A stretch of 64,000 nt of DNA from Octopus vulgaris (lineage: Eukaryota). The notes below the pieces were generated by a model. It worked only from the letters and a program-made list of their open reading frames with translations, was not told the DNA's origin and ran no database searches. Shown piece by piece: positions 1 through 12,143 of the stretch (the first letter of the stretch is position 1; every line of letters begins with the position of its first letter). The stretch covers positions 222,518,001 to 222,582,000 of the forward strand of contig OX597814.1 of assembly GCA_951406725.2 (NCBI GenBank), given 5' to 3'. The position numbers were made by a program, and so were the translations under genes.

Positions 1-1339
1 GACTAATCAATATATGTAATGATAAAGACAACACAATAAAACTATCTGGTACTTTGCATAATTATAAATTTACTCTATGACATCGGTTCCCTTTCAGTAT
101 TGATTGTTACCATACTTATCGAGACAATATCCATCATTTATACATAATAATCCTTAAACTGACATCTTATATTGCAGTAATATATTATCAGTATTCTAAT
201 TATTATTGCAATAATCGTGTAGTGACTTATGAGAGTTTAAACATATGCCATTAATATTTCTCTTCCTTAATAAGTGCTAAGTCTAACATGTAATGCTCAT
301 TTATCACTGGTATAAATTCTAATTCGTTTGACTCAGTCTATAAACTGAAATTTCATATAATCTTGATACTGCAGGAGTTCTTATTTTCTCTAATAACGTT
401 TACACTGTCTCCCCTGTGGAGAAACCTCATCAATGACCTGGGAGTATACCCGGTATAATACTGTGCTATATTGTATGATATATCACGTTTTGAAAGCAGT
501 GGATATTACTTTTATGATTTGTTATTTCATTTTCACACCCCAACTCAACGATAACTATTGTCATTGACCTATTTTGTATTCAGCACTCGAACCGGATAAA
601 ACATGCTTCATTTTGCCTATAGTGTTAGCCTGTATACTTTAAATATCTCTTACGGCTTGGATAAGACAGACCGTAAGGGATTAAACACTTTTACTGTACA
701 AAGGAACTATTTACTGGTTGAATTTTCGAGGCAATGTGACGACAAGGTAGTGGGACGACGATTTTATTGCATTTTGCTAACATTTTCGTTAAAATAATAA
801 TCTCCTTTTACAGCAAAAGAATTTCGAGCTTTATATTTATTAGTATGTATCAAACACTTTCATTCGTTCCGATGACAAGGAATTACAGAACAGAAATATA
901 TTAGATTCTACGAACCATTCTTGTCCTGTCCATTTCTCTTGTGTTCAAGATCCTAGTATTAATCTTTGTTTCTATTATTCTAATAATGTTTCTTCTGTTT
1001 CATTCTTCAGGTGACTGTTTCATAAATTACAGTCGCCTTTTGCTAGCGGAACGTACTCCGGTTCTTCAAATGAATTGCGATCTAATTGATTTCGGGATGT
1101 GAGAACTATATTAAGTTCCCAGAAAATGGAAATGGAAAGCCAGAATGTTGTTACAGAAATTACATGGTAGTTCATTCCTGTGAGTATTTAAACTCGGGTG
1201 TAAAAACTAGGAGTGGGAAACGAAACCTCAATATGAGAATACTGAAGAAGTACATAAATGTATATTTAATTACATAAACCAAAGTTATATATAACAGGAC
1301 CATTTTTAGTACATATAATCCACTTTTGTTTGTCTGAAG

Positions 1340-1640
1340 TTGCGTGGCTCAGTGATTTAAATGTCGAGCTACAATCGCGAGGTTGTGAGTTCGTTTCCTG
1401 GACCGAGCTGTGTGCTCTCTGTTCTTGAGTAATTCACTTTATTTCACTTGCTGCAGTTCGCTCAGGTGTAGAAATTAGGTACGGAACTGATTGGCGTTTT
1501 CCCCTGGACAACATTGGGGGCATGGTGTGGAGAGGGGAGGCTGGTATGCATCGGCAAGTGCTGATCTTCACAAACTTTTGCTTCGGAGGGGAACTTTTAA
1601 ATGCAATTCCATGGCCATTCGTAACTAAAGGATGTTATTT
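1340..1640 (+). mobile_element. Degenerate tRNA-derived SINE (family D)
   Basis: A-box-like TGGCTCAGTGA and B-box-like GAGTTCGTTTCC in a tRNA-like head, followed by a GC-richer body; no second copy in the window. Confidence 0.55.
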
Positions 1641-1856
1641 TTATTTTAATCTAATTTTTTTTTTGGTACGTATAATCCCTCTTCAAATTTATTCACTAAA
1701 AACATATTGACGTCATAAACATCTTGAATGGGTTATAAGAAATTATTTTCAACATTATGTTATCAATCATGTAACTAATTTCCGAGAAACACATTTGTTG
1801 GAATGCAACTTATAAGATAGATAGATAGATAGAGAGAGATAGATAGATAGAGAAAT

Positions 1857-1910
<54 letters not shown>

Positions 1911-3498
1911 GCCTAATATTTTTAAGAATACAATGACTTTAGTACATTACGGTTGCTTTTCCCTGGAGTTATTTATTTATTTTCTCTGTGTGAAAAGTTG
2001 AGTATCTCAAAAGAAAATATGTTAATTATTTAAAAGAACGTGCGATAAACTTCAGTCAGTGTCAGATTACATTTCAATTAAGATTCGTGTAAAATTTTTA
2101 CTAATTATTTCTTCTTATATATGTGAAGACGAAATGAAATTACATTGATCTTTTTCAATGATAGCATCTAAAATTAAATCTGTGCACCGCTTAAATAATT
2201 AATATCCAGTGTAGAACTACCAGGAAAATAGCTTTGTACATTATAGTGTTACTTGTTGCTTCAGTGATACAAGAAAGTTTTTAAGTTGATCTAAAACTTT
2301 GTTTTTATGATCTTCTCTATTTTCAATATCATGATATATATGGAAAAAAAAACCCCTGAAAATGAGTCGATAAACTGATGGCCTACTTATCAAAAAGTCA
2401 CTGTTTTGAATTCCGTTTCTGATACACTGCTGGAGGCATATTCTCATCGATACAGTTGCAAGTGAGCACTGAATCGGGATATTCCTTCCGATCTATGAAC
2501 CAAATAATACATATAAAATATAAAATATATGCAGGCTGTATTGTGATTGTAAGGTAGTAACAGAAAATTAACCTTCCTGTAATTATTTAATTTATGAATA
2601 AACTGGAGTTGTTTTGGCTTAGCTGTTTTTCTCTCTCCACCCTGGAAAAAAGTCAACGCTACAAACACTACTTCACTTATTTACAGGACTTATTCTGCCT
2701 ACTGCCGTAAATAAGAAATGACTATGAAGACTTAGTGAACTCAGCTGTTATCAAATTATTCGTCATGCATTTAGCTGTTTACTATCAACTTAAAATGTTG
2801 CCGCAGCAACAGGATATAAACTATTGAATGCATTATGCAGAAAGCCATTTGATCACTAATATTTCTAAATCCATATTTAAAAGTAAATGTGTGTAAAGTA
2901 AAAGTGAACTTCCATGGAGTTAATAAATCTACATTATTTGAATTTATCTCTGCAGAAATTTCATTTTACCAGCGTCAATAATAAATTTGAATAAGCAATA
3001 AACGTAATATCAATTCTCCATTCCTGTACATCGAACAGCAAATAATTAATGAGATATAAATTAATATAAATCAAAGTTAAAGGATTCCAGTTCAATTGTT
3101 TAAGCTGCAATACAGCATATATAATATTCGTATCTATAGTGTCAAAATTTCCTCCTCAATGTATTTATTTACGCATATAAAAACTCACGATTCTGAAAAT
3201 TTATTGATGGGTTATGATATAATTCATCCGTAGCTGCAACACTGATTTCTTTAGAAAGAAAATGAGCGTAGTTTTCTTTGGTTTCATGAATAATTAAAAC
3301 ACTATTACAGAAATTATGGATCTATTCATCTATTAAAAAATATTTATCAAAATCCTGAAACATTTTTTACAAACAACTTAGAGTATTTACATGAACGCAT
3401 TCAATGCAAGTAATTCTATGGAATTTCTAATGTAAAGCGAAAAGACCATAGTGTTATATATGTATGCACGTGTGTGTCAGTATATATATATAAAACTG

Positions 3499-3648
3499 TA
3501 AGATAACAAAAGAGAGAAAGAGACCTCGATATTATGTAAATAGAGGGATTTATCTATAAATTTTTTCATAGCATTTTTCCGATGGCCAGATAACTGAAGA
3601 GATGGTGGCGTGGATTTCCACCTCAGCATCCGAAACTCGGAGTTTTAT
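3499..3648 (+). mobile_element. Short microsatellite-flanked element carrying a minimal type I hammerhead motif
   Basis: Bounded by (TA)n on both sides; shares the start TAAGATAACAAAAGA and the hammerhead segment with 37413-37527. Confidence 0.6.
3590..3648 (+). ncRNA. Minimal type I hammerhead ribozyme motif
   Basis: ATAA-CTGAAGA(3594-3600)-GATG...GTGGATTTCCAC...CATC-C-GAAA(3632-3635)-CTC G GAG-TT-TTAT. Stem I ATAA/TTAT, stem II GATG/CATC with one extra C, near-palindromic stem III, predicted GUU cleavage after 3644. Confidence 0.6.
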
Positions 3649-4015
3649 ATATATATATACATATATATATATATACACACGCATATACATATGTGAGAGA
3701 GAGTGTGTGTGTGAGTGTGTGTGTGAAATACATATGTGTGAGAGCTTACATACATATGTAATGTATTCGCGCCCCTTTTCCCACACACACGCAGACACAC
3801 AGTCTCATACACGTTCACTCAAACATATTTATATGTGTGAGTTGGTCTGCTTTTGTGCTATGATTATTCGTTTGAATATTTAATGAAATTTTGTTGAATG
3901 GTGTTATAATTGTCGCGGAGAAAATTAAAAGCAGTAGGACTTTATGTATTTTATATTTTAAAAACCTTGACAACTTTTTCTAATCCGTTTACGCAGCTTT
4001 TATATAACTTCTTGC

Positions 4016-4220
4016 AAGGCTGCAAAGTGGCAGAATCGTTACGGCGCCGGACAAATACCTATGGTTCTTTACGTTCTGAGTACAAAGGTCAACGAGATTG
4101 ACTTTTCCTTTCATCCTTTCGGAGTTAATCAAGCAAGTACCATTTGAGCACTGTGGTCAATATAATCCACTTTCCCTACCTTGAAAATCGTTGAACTTCT
4201 TCCAAAATTAGAAATGATTG
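4016..4220 (+). mobile_element. SINE family C copy (diverged)
   Basis: Similar to 30502-30722 (TGGCAGAATCGTTA...TTACGTTCTGAGT...CCTTTCATCCTTTCGG). Confidence 0.7.
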
Positions 4221-4573
4221 TGCACCTAAATCCTACCAGGATTATAGTTTCTTTTATCCTTTTATAATCTGTCGATAGCTGGGATAAAGTACTGAACTTA
4301 GCTAAATTTTATCCCGGAATTTATTTATGCTTTAGACTGAAAGAACCAAAGGAGAGCTACTGTAACTTTGCAATAGAAGCGCTGACATATCAAACACATT
4401 CTATTTGCAATAAACTAATCGCACTTTAGCGTTTTAGGTATCCACATTTCATAGATAACACTCGGTGTGTAATAAGTGCACAACCTTTTAATCGATATAT
4501 TTATATATATATATATATATACATCTATATATATATACATTTATCTATCTATATATATATACATCTATCTATA

Positions 4574-4617
<44 letters not shown>

Positions 4618-4697
4618 TATATATATACATCTATCTATAGATATATACATCCATTTATCCATATATATATATATACATCTATCTATCTATCTATCCA

Positions 4698-4757
<60 letters not shown>

Positions 4758-5257
4758 ATGCAGTACAGAGTAGTTTTAAATCAATAACTTAGTAATATTT
4801 ACCCACGTTTATAAGCGCACAACAAATCTTCAGAGAAAATTTAGTAAAATATATATTTATACATGTATACATCTTTTCCTCTGATAGAAACGTAATAACA
4901 CTTTGAGTGGGAGATAGATTTTCTAGGAGAAAAAGTTACCGTCTAGATTATTCGGCTGGTAAGTATGTTAAATACTGAAATGGATTATGATTTAGTACGA
5001 GAAGTGGAATGTCTTAAACTGTATCGTAAATCCTTTCCACCAGTATTACATTTAGATTGCCCAAATACATTACTACCTGAATAGTAGTAATGATCATTAC
5101 GTTGAACTTAACTGGGTGCGCATCTATAACATACATTCCAATGTTATAGAATATAAATTCATATGTAACGAACCAATATTGCCTAAAAGAAGAGGAATTC
5201 CAACGGTCACTGGGGGTATTTTAGTTGCATTTGTAATGGCATTAATTTGGTCAGATA

Positions 5258-5750
5258 CGAGGTGTATTCCAGAGGTTTCGAGAGGTTTTCAGGAGAGATA
5301 TTTATTCATTTCACAGACGTAAAAAATGTAATTTCCTACAAAGAAGGATACTTTTACATCGATGTACTTGTTTGCACAAGTCATTTCGTGAAGACTCCAC
5401 GAGAGCCCACAGAATTGAAGGCGTCCAGGATACTTGTCACAGCATCCTTCATCTTTTATTTCAGTTTGGAGGGAGCAAGGTGTGCACTTTAAGGAGGGTG
5501 AAAGCCACTTTTTATGTCCATCTCTGTGAAGTAGTAGTTTACCGTGATGTAATTGTGGACTGGTGCATATTCTCTTGCCTTCTTGAGACGAAATCTCTTC
5601 CTGAATTCCCTAAAAACTTCCACCAAGTATTCTCTTTGTTGACTGAGGGAAGCCACAGAATTTAGATGAAGCCCTTGCTATCTAAAACGGGGATTATCAT
5701 AAGCTCTCTTGTGAACTCGCTTTCCCTGGCCTTTGCGCCAGCGAGAAACA
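5258..5750 (-). pseudogene. Degenerate mariner transposase C-terminal fragment with one terminus
   Basis: Minus strand gives EYLVEVFREFRKRFRLKK and MKDAVTSILDAF, typical of mariner catalytic-domain ends; TA-CGAGGTGTATTCC terminus at 5256-5270; stops and frameshifts present. Confidence 0.7.
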
Positions 5751-6718
5751 GATTATCAGCTCATATAATTTAATCCATAAGCAGCCTAGAACATGTCATA
5801 TTTTCTGTAGCATCTTTGATCAGTTTAGCACGAGTCTTTATTGAATACCGAGCTCGAAATATTTTTAATGTCCTGACTGCATTCTGTAAAATAGTCCGCT
5901 GTGAAAAGTAGTGTTTGGTAGGGTGTATTCAAAGTATTATTAAAGCCGGTATTTTTCAATTTGGAATAGCAAAACTTGGCTGATCATCTTATTCTATGAA
6001 TAGTAATGGTATACTATAATTAAAATAACCGTGAACAATTTATAATTGGGTCTTCTAAAATATCTAAGAACTTGTGCCATACAGCTTATATCGCACTCAC
6101 TAACTGATAGGTTGACCACACACCATGTGACTGAAACTAGAGAGAAGAACACTGGCAGTGTTTTACCTTACATTCGAATGGTTTACACTCCATCATAATA
6201 TACTGATTGACAGTTGAACTGAAGGCTCATGCGTCTTCTCAACGAATTAGATATTAAATCAAAGACAGAATGTTAGGATGATCGCATAACTGAATAATAT
6301 TCATCGAACGACGGAGATCCACCATGTCCATATATAGACGTACATACGAACGCGTAAACACACACACACACACACACACAATTATATGCAGTGGCACAAA
6401 AGTTGGTGTGTGGCTATATGTAAGTATATATGTGTTTGTGTTTGTATATAGGTATGTATGTATGTATGTATGTAGTGTATGTGTGTGTGTGTGTATGTAG
6501 ATTCCAACATAACTCAGCTTCCCATCTGTTGTCTATATTGATTTTCTGAATATACCTAAAAGATCATTTCTCGAAAGTGAATGGGAAAAAAAATAATTAA
6601 TTTCGATATAAAAACGAAGACATGTAAATGTATTATCCGATCGAAGTATTATCCTTCATGTTGAAGCAAATAATTTTTCTTTCTAACATTCTTTCCCTTT
6701 CTTTTTTTATGTATCACT

Positions 6719-6778
<60 letters not shown>

Positions 6779-6897
6779 TAATCTATCTATCGATCTATCT
6801 ATTCAGTTAGCTATATATACTATATAACGTTTTGTAGATATATACACGAATAATTAACACACACCTATTATTTATTTATGTATGAATATATATATAT

Positions 6898-6928
<31 letters not shown>

Positions 6929-6984
6929 AAGAAAAAGAAGATAATATGTAAGATATACGAACATATATGTATATTAGTATGTAT

Positions 6985-7206
6985 ATACTCTTTACTCTTT
7001 TACTTGTTTCAGTCATTTGACTGCGGCCATGCTGGGGCACCGCCTTTAGTCGAGCAAATCGACCCCAGGACTTATTCTTTGTAAGCCCAGTACTTATTCT
7101 ATCGGTCTCTTTTGACGAACCGCTAAGTTACGGGGACATAAACACACCAGCATCAGTTATCAAGCAATGCTAGGGGGACAAACAGAGACACACAATCACA
7201 CACACA

Positions 7207-7270
<64 letters not shown>

Positions 7271-7426
7271 CGACGGGCTTCTTTCAGTTTCCATCTACCA
7301 AATCCACTCACAAGGCTTTGGTCGGCCCGAGGTTTATAGTAGAAGACACTTGCCCAAGGTGCCACGCAGTGGGACTGAAACCGGAACCATGTGGTTGGTA
7401 AACAAGCTACTTACCACGCAGCCACT

Positions 7427-7429
<3 letters not shown>
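6985..7429 (-). mobile_element. SINE family B (tRNA-like head, internal (CA)n(TA)n tract, GACTGAAACAAGTAAAAG tail)
   Basis: Closely similar to 18793-19181, 22830-23290 and 41928-42337; head on minus reads AGGAGTGGCTGCGTGGTAAG...TTCAGTCCCACTGCGTGGCACC. Confidence 0.85.
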
Positions 7430-7461
<32 letters not shown>

Positions 7462-7919
7462 AGAGAAAGAAAAAGAAGATAATAAGTAAGATATACGAAC
7501 ATATATGTATATTAGTATGTATATCTATACGCGTGAATGTAAATGTGTTTATGTATACGTATTTATGTACATAGAAATTACGTGAAAATAGTTTTCAGTT
7601 TAATTTGTTATTCCTCTATTGAGGGTTCTATTAACACATTTTTAAATATCATTTGTCCTTGCTTCGGCGTTTATTAAGTTAATGATTCGGCGGGGTTCTG
7701 TGTATGGTAAACAACTGAGAATTTGTGGAGTAGTTATTTAGTCATTTATTTTGCAGCAAATGCATAACTTTCTGAGATATAAATCGTATGTTTTTTTAAT
7801 AGTTTGTGTTTGCGTAAACGTGGCGCATTCATTAGAAACTGTTATAAGCGAAAAAGCAGTTTATTAATTAATTGGAATTATTTTTATCTTCATGAATTTT
7901 CCTGACGTTTTTATTCGTT

Positions 7920-8306
7920 TAGGCCGCTCTGAACGAGGCTGGTCTTCAAGCGACAACTGACCATTCTTAAAGCGGGAAAACCAGTCGTAAATTTGTGTTT
8001 GCATATGATAGCATCCTTATAAGGTACTTGAAGCATGACAACTGTTTCGGCCGCAGTTTTCCACGTAGAAAAGAGAATTGCACGGAAGCCCGCTGTTTCT
8101 TCGTTTCAGCCATTGCAAAAGTCGACCAACAGAGTAAAAAAACTGCAAAACAAAAAAGCATCACGTGCCAGTACGGCTTCACTAGAAGACGCTGGTCGGG
8201 AGACTGATGTATGAGGGTCGCTTCTGGTGATTTCTAACAGCGGAAGCCTGAACTACTGCAGGTTTGTCCACAATAAGCGTGTCTGGTTATTTTGGGTACC
8301 CCCTGG
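7920..8306 (-). pseudogene. Mariner 5' fragment (TIR plus N-terminal HTH)
   Basis: MAETKKQRASVQFSFLRGK / TAAETVVML / IYDWFSRFKNGQLSLEDQPRSERP across frameshifts; TA-CCAGGGGGTACCCAAAATAACC terminus at 8308-8285. Confidence 0.75.
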
Positions 8307-8329
8307 TATATAATATATATATATATATA

Positions 8330-8476
8330 CTTTATTTAAAGCAGCAGAAAATTCAACAAAACTCAGAGTAACAGGTTTTGTTGAATTTTCTGCTGCTTAA
8401 ATAAAGCATATTACTCTACCACTGGTATTTGAGTACTCTTTTTCTACCTTGTTTCGCATTTATGTGTTTACTCCGG

Positions 8477-8478
<2 letters not shown>
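8330..8478 (+). mobile_element. Short TA-flanked element with fold-back inversion (same family as 16237-16369)
   Basis: Arms 8330-8362 and 8375-8406 are reverse complements; the loop TCAGAGTAACAG is the stem III/cleavage half of the hammerhead seen in the 16.3-kb copy. Confidence 0.7.
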
Positions 8479-8564
<86 letters not shown>

Positions 8565-8764
8565 TGTGCGTGTGTACGTACGTAAGCATGTATGTATGTA
8601 TGCATAAATATATCTGTTATTTTGCAGGAGCTTCGAGATACAAGGTAGGTTAGAAAAATCTGTCTAACCGCGTATCTCAGTGGCAAGAAAATATTACTAG
8701 TTCTTATTTCAATACAGTGTGCATTAAATTATATATTATATATATATGCATGTATATGCAGGTG

Positions 8765-8795
<31 letters not shown>

Positions 8796-8873
8796 AAGAA
8801 GAACGAAAATTCTACTTTTAAAAAATTAGGTTCATTTTAATTTCTTTATATAAATACATTAAAAAATGTTTTT

Positions 8874-8912
8874 GCTTTACATGTTTCGGTTGTTTATAAA
8901 CCTTGTCAAAAT
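8874..8912 (-). ncRNA. Degenerate minimal hammerhead motif
   Basis: Minus strand TTGACAA-GGTT TATAAAC AACC-GAAA-C AT G-TA; stem II and palindromic stem III (ACATGT) intact, core CUGANGA mutated. Confidence 0.4.
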
Positions 8913-9515
8913 ATATACTTAAATGAAATACGTACAGAAAAAAGATTCTTAATAAACTAAAAATTCACAGTGTACTTTTCTTTTTCTTGTAAGAGCACGT
9001 GGTAAATTCTATATATGGCTGAAACGGAAAGACCAAAAATGGCTTGAAAACCATAACATGCCGGCGGAAAATAGCATCACTAGGTGAGACAAGCTGATCT
9101 GAATTAGCTTCGCCGATTGACAGATGACGGTATCGTTTAGAGAATGCGTGGGCTGAGACTACACGCCTTCATTGGTCAATTAAATTTGAGACAGTGTCAC
9201 CTGACAACTTGCTGGGGCTGTTTGCTGGAGCCTATTTGCAGGTATTTAAAGGACAAATTTTGACAAGACAGTCAGTCGCCCGCTGAAACTCGTTGACGAT
9301 ATATCGAAGAGGCCAGGGAACAAAAGAAAGAAGACATGCACCCAACACCAGCGCTGAAGACACCTCCAAAAGGGGGCGGCGCCACTTCAAAGCGGTAGAG
9401 GCGTAGGGGCCGAAACCGGACGTGGTTCCTGCTGATGATGTCTTGAGCTAACTGGATCCTATAAAGGAGCTGTTGTGGTAGCAGACCACGAAACACGGTT
9501 GAAATACCCCATTAG

Positions 9516-9970
9516 TTAGTCAGCTCGAGCAGATGTCTTCCTGGGGCTATAAACTACAGTAGTATCGTCCCTTATGGGTCAGCCACATTTAGGTGGCAAA
9601 TATACATCACGATTTCGTGTTGCTACTGTTTATATCTCGCTCAGAGTTTTATTATTGCTCGTTTCTACTTTTTCGAGACTGGTGGCTTTTCGCCACTAGA
9701 AAAAGTATATGTATTTGCATTGAGAAATCAATTCTCATCCCCAGCCGTTCGTTGTCACACGCTAATAACAGGTTATTACTCAGAATCTCGGGTCCGTGCG
9801 CATCACGTCAGGCTGGAGATGGGATCGATGATTTCTCTTTGTAAATACTGACAGGGCACAGAAAGTGTGTCATTAGCCATCTGGAGGAGATGTCTTCCTG
9901 GGGCTTTAAACTACAGTGGCATCGTCCCTTATGGGCCAGCCACATTTAGGTGGCAAATATTCTTCACGAT
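9516..9970 (+). mobile_element. ~357-nt hammerhead-bearing unit with terminal redundancy (retrozyme/PLE pLTR-like), copy 1
   Basis: Direct repeats 9516-9613 and 9873-9970 (period 357); colinear with 50091-50478; degenerate hammerhead at 9751-9806; ends at a microsatellite. Confidence 0.8.
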
Positions 9971-10699
9971 ATATGTATGTGTGTGTGTGTGTGTGCTTGT
10001 GTGTCTATGCCTGTATGGGTGATGTATGTATTATAGTTAAATAACGAGATACGATGTGTAAGCATGCATAATGAATATTATATATGATAAACACCTGATT
10101 CTGTCAGTTGGTGTGTGCTTGTGTGCGAGCATACGTATTTGTGTGTGATAAACTGCAATGCGCCTCTTGTTGCATTTACTGTAATATATGTACGTTTCCT
10201 GCGAAGAACGAGAGGAACTATGTAAATATGCAGTATTAGTACGTCTCGTTGTTTTGAATTCTTCAAGCTTATACATGTTTTCGTATTTGTACAAAGGTGT
10301 CCATATGCAATGGATTCTTTTGATACCACCAACACACCATTTCTATACATATATCTGTCCACATTCCTGTACAGAGCTATTCAACCATAGTTTTGCTAAA
10401 ATGAGCCATTATTGTGTTATGATTCTATTGCAAATAATTTTACACACGGTTTCATTGCAGATGATTGAACATATTTCAAAGTAATGTGTAGATGCAATAC
10501 AGTACAACTTTTTCTAATATTAATTAATTCGTTTTTATGAATACCGAATGAATTAAGTAATATTTCTGAGTAGATAATATGAGGTGCAAAGAATTAAAAT
10601 GTCTATTTCCAATATGATGCCGTTGTGGTGAGCTCAAGTTAAAGACTCACCAAAAATACGCTCAGTGTTAGTTAATTTGCGCTGTTTAATAATTCTTTC

Positions 10700-10905
10700 T
10701 TTTTGACGCAGCAATAATTTGAGAGGAAAGGGAAGTAGCTTATTTCAATTCTAGTAATCGACTAGCATTTATTCGATCGGCCCTGAAAGGATGAACGGCA
10801 AAGTTGATTTTCGTGGTATTTGAACTTCTAACACAAAGGGTTAGAATCCAAGCTTTTAATCATTTTTATCTCAGGTGGTACCAATTTTGTAAGCTTGCCG
10901 CCTGC
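10700..10905 (-). mobile_element. SINE family C copy
   Basis: Reverse-complement match to the family C core (CCCTGAAAGGATGAACGGCAAAGTTGA...ATTTGAACT). Confidence 0.65.
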
Positions 10906-10959
10906 GGGCCCTATAGTAGTAATTATTTAATTCTTCCTATTATTATGCGTCTGAAGATA

Positions 10960-11178
10960 AGGGGACCAGCTAGCAGAATGGTTAGCATACTGTGCAAAAT
11001 TGTTAGCTGCATTTCGTCCGTCTTTACGCTCTGGGTTCAAATTCCCTCGATGTTGACTTTGCCTTTCAATTTTTCGGGCTCCATAAATTAAGTACGACTC
11101 GAACACTAGCGCCGATCTAATCGACTAGCCCCCTCCCTCAAAATTTCAAGCGATGTACCTATAGTAGAAACGATTATT
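10960..11178 (+). mobile_element. SINE family C copy
   Basis: AGCTAGCAGAATGGTTAGC...TTTACGCTCTGGGTTCAAATTCC...GACTTTGCCTTTCA. Confidence 0.7.
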
Positions 11179-12090
11179 ATGCATGTGATATCACTAAAAA
11201 AATTGCACAACAATTTCACATTTCCTACTCACCTAACAGTAATTAACTGTCACTCTGGCAAATGTTCGAATCGAACCTTCAAGTAACCAATCTCCCTCAC
11301 ATATTACCCTTAATCATAGACTAGGAAACTACTCGTTGACTTATAATGTAAATAAACGGGACGTCATGTCTGCAGCACCTTTGATCTTGTACCAGTTCAA
11401 TGAAAGATTTCATCGGGTGAAGTAAAAACAGAAATATCAATAATTCTCTGCGAAAGTAGCATAAGCATTCTAAACTAATGAAATCTATGCCATTGAACTC
11501 TCTGGCTCATTTTACTTGAATGCACTGAAAGGAGAAAAACATTCTCAGTGGTGCGTCTACGATTCCAGGAACCATGCAACACCCTCCACCATTATTGCAT
11601 TCATCTGAGATATATTGAAAGGACTAACCAAAACAAAATATAGCACTGAATTAGCGATGTTATTTCCATTATATTGGATTTATCAAAGTTGTACTCCATT
11701 ATATAAAAAGCAACATCGTATTATGTGCCTTTCAATGTGTAAAAATAAAAGTCGAAACAATGCAACAATAAGTAAATCCGACAGAATTTCTGAAAGACTG
11801 GCAAAGAAAGAAATGGAATGCATTTCTTTGTTGTTGTTTGTTTTATTTGCTAATAGAGGTGAACGTGTTCTAAATGATGGAGATGATCAATGAAACAGAC
11901 ATCTCACTAAAAATATCTCCTTAATCGGAATCCTCTTTCCAATTGCTGTTTCAAAAGCGACGGAAGTCAGTCGTGTTGCTTCTGGCGTGTATTTTTAGTT
12001 ACGATGTTGACTGTTGAATGATTGAACCGTTCTTGGAATGAAACCTCCGGGATATTATTTAGGTTGAAAGCAGTACTAAACGTGCGCATG

Positions 12091-12143
<53 letters not shown>

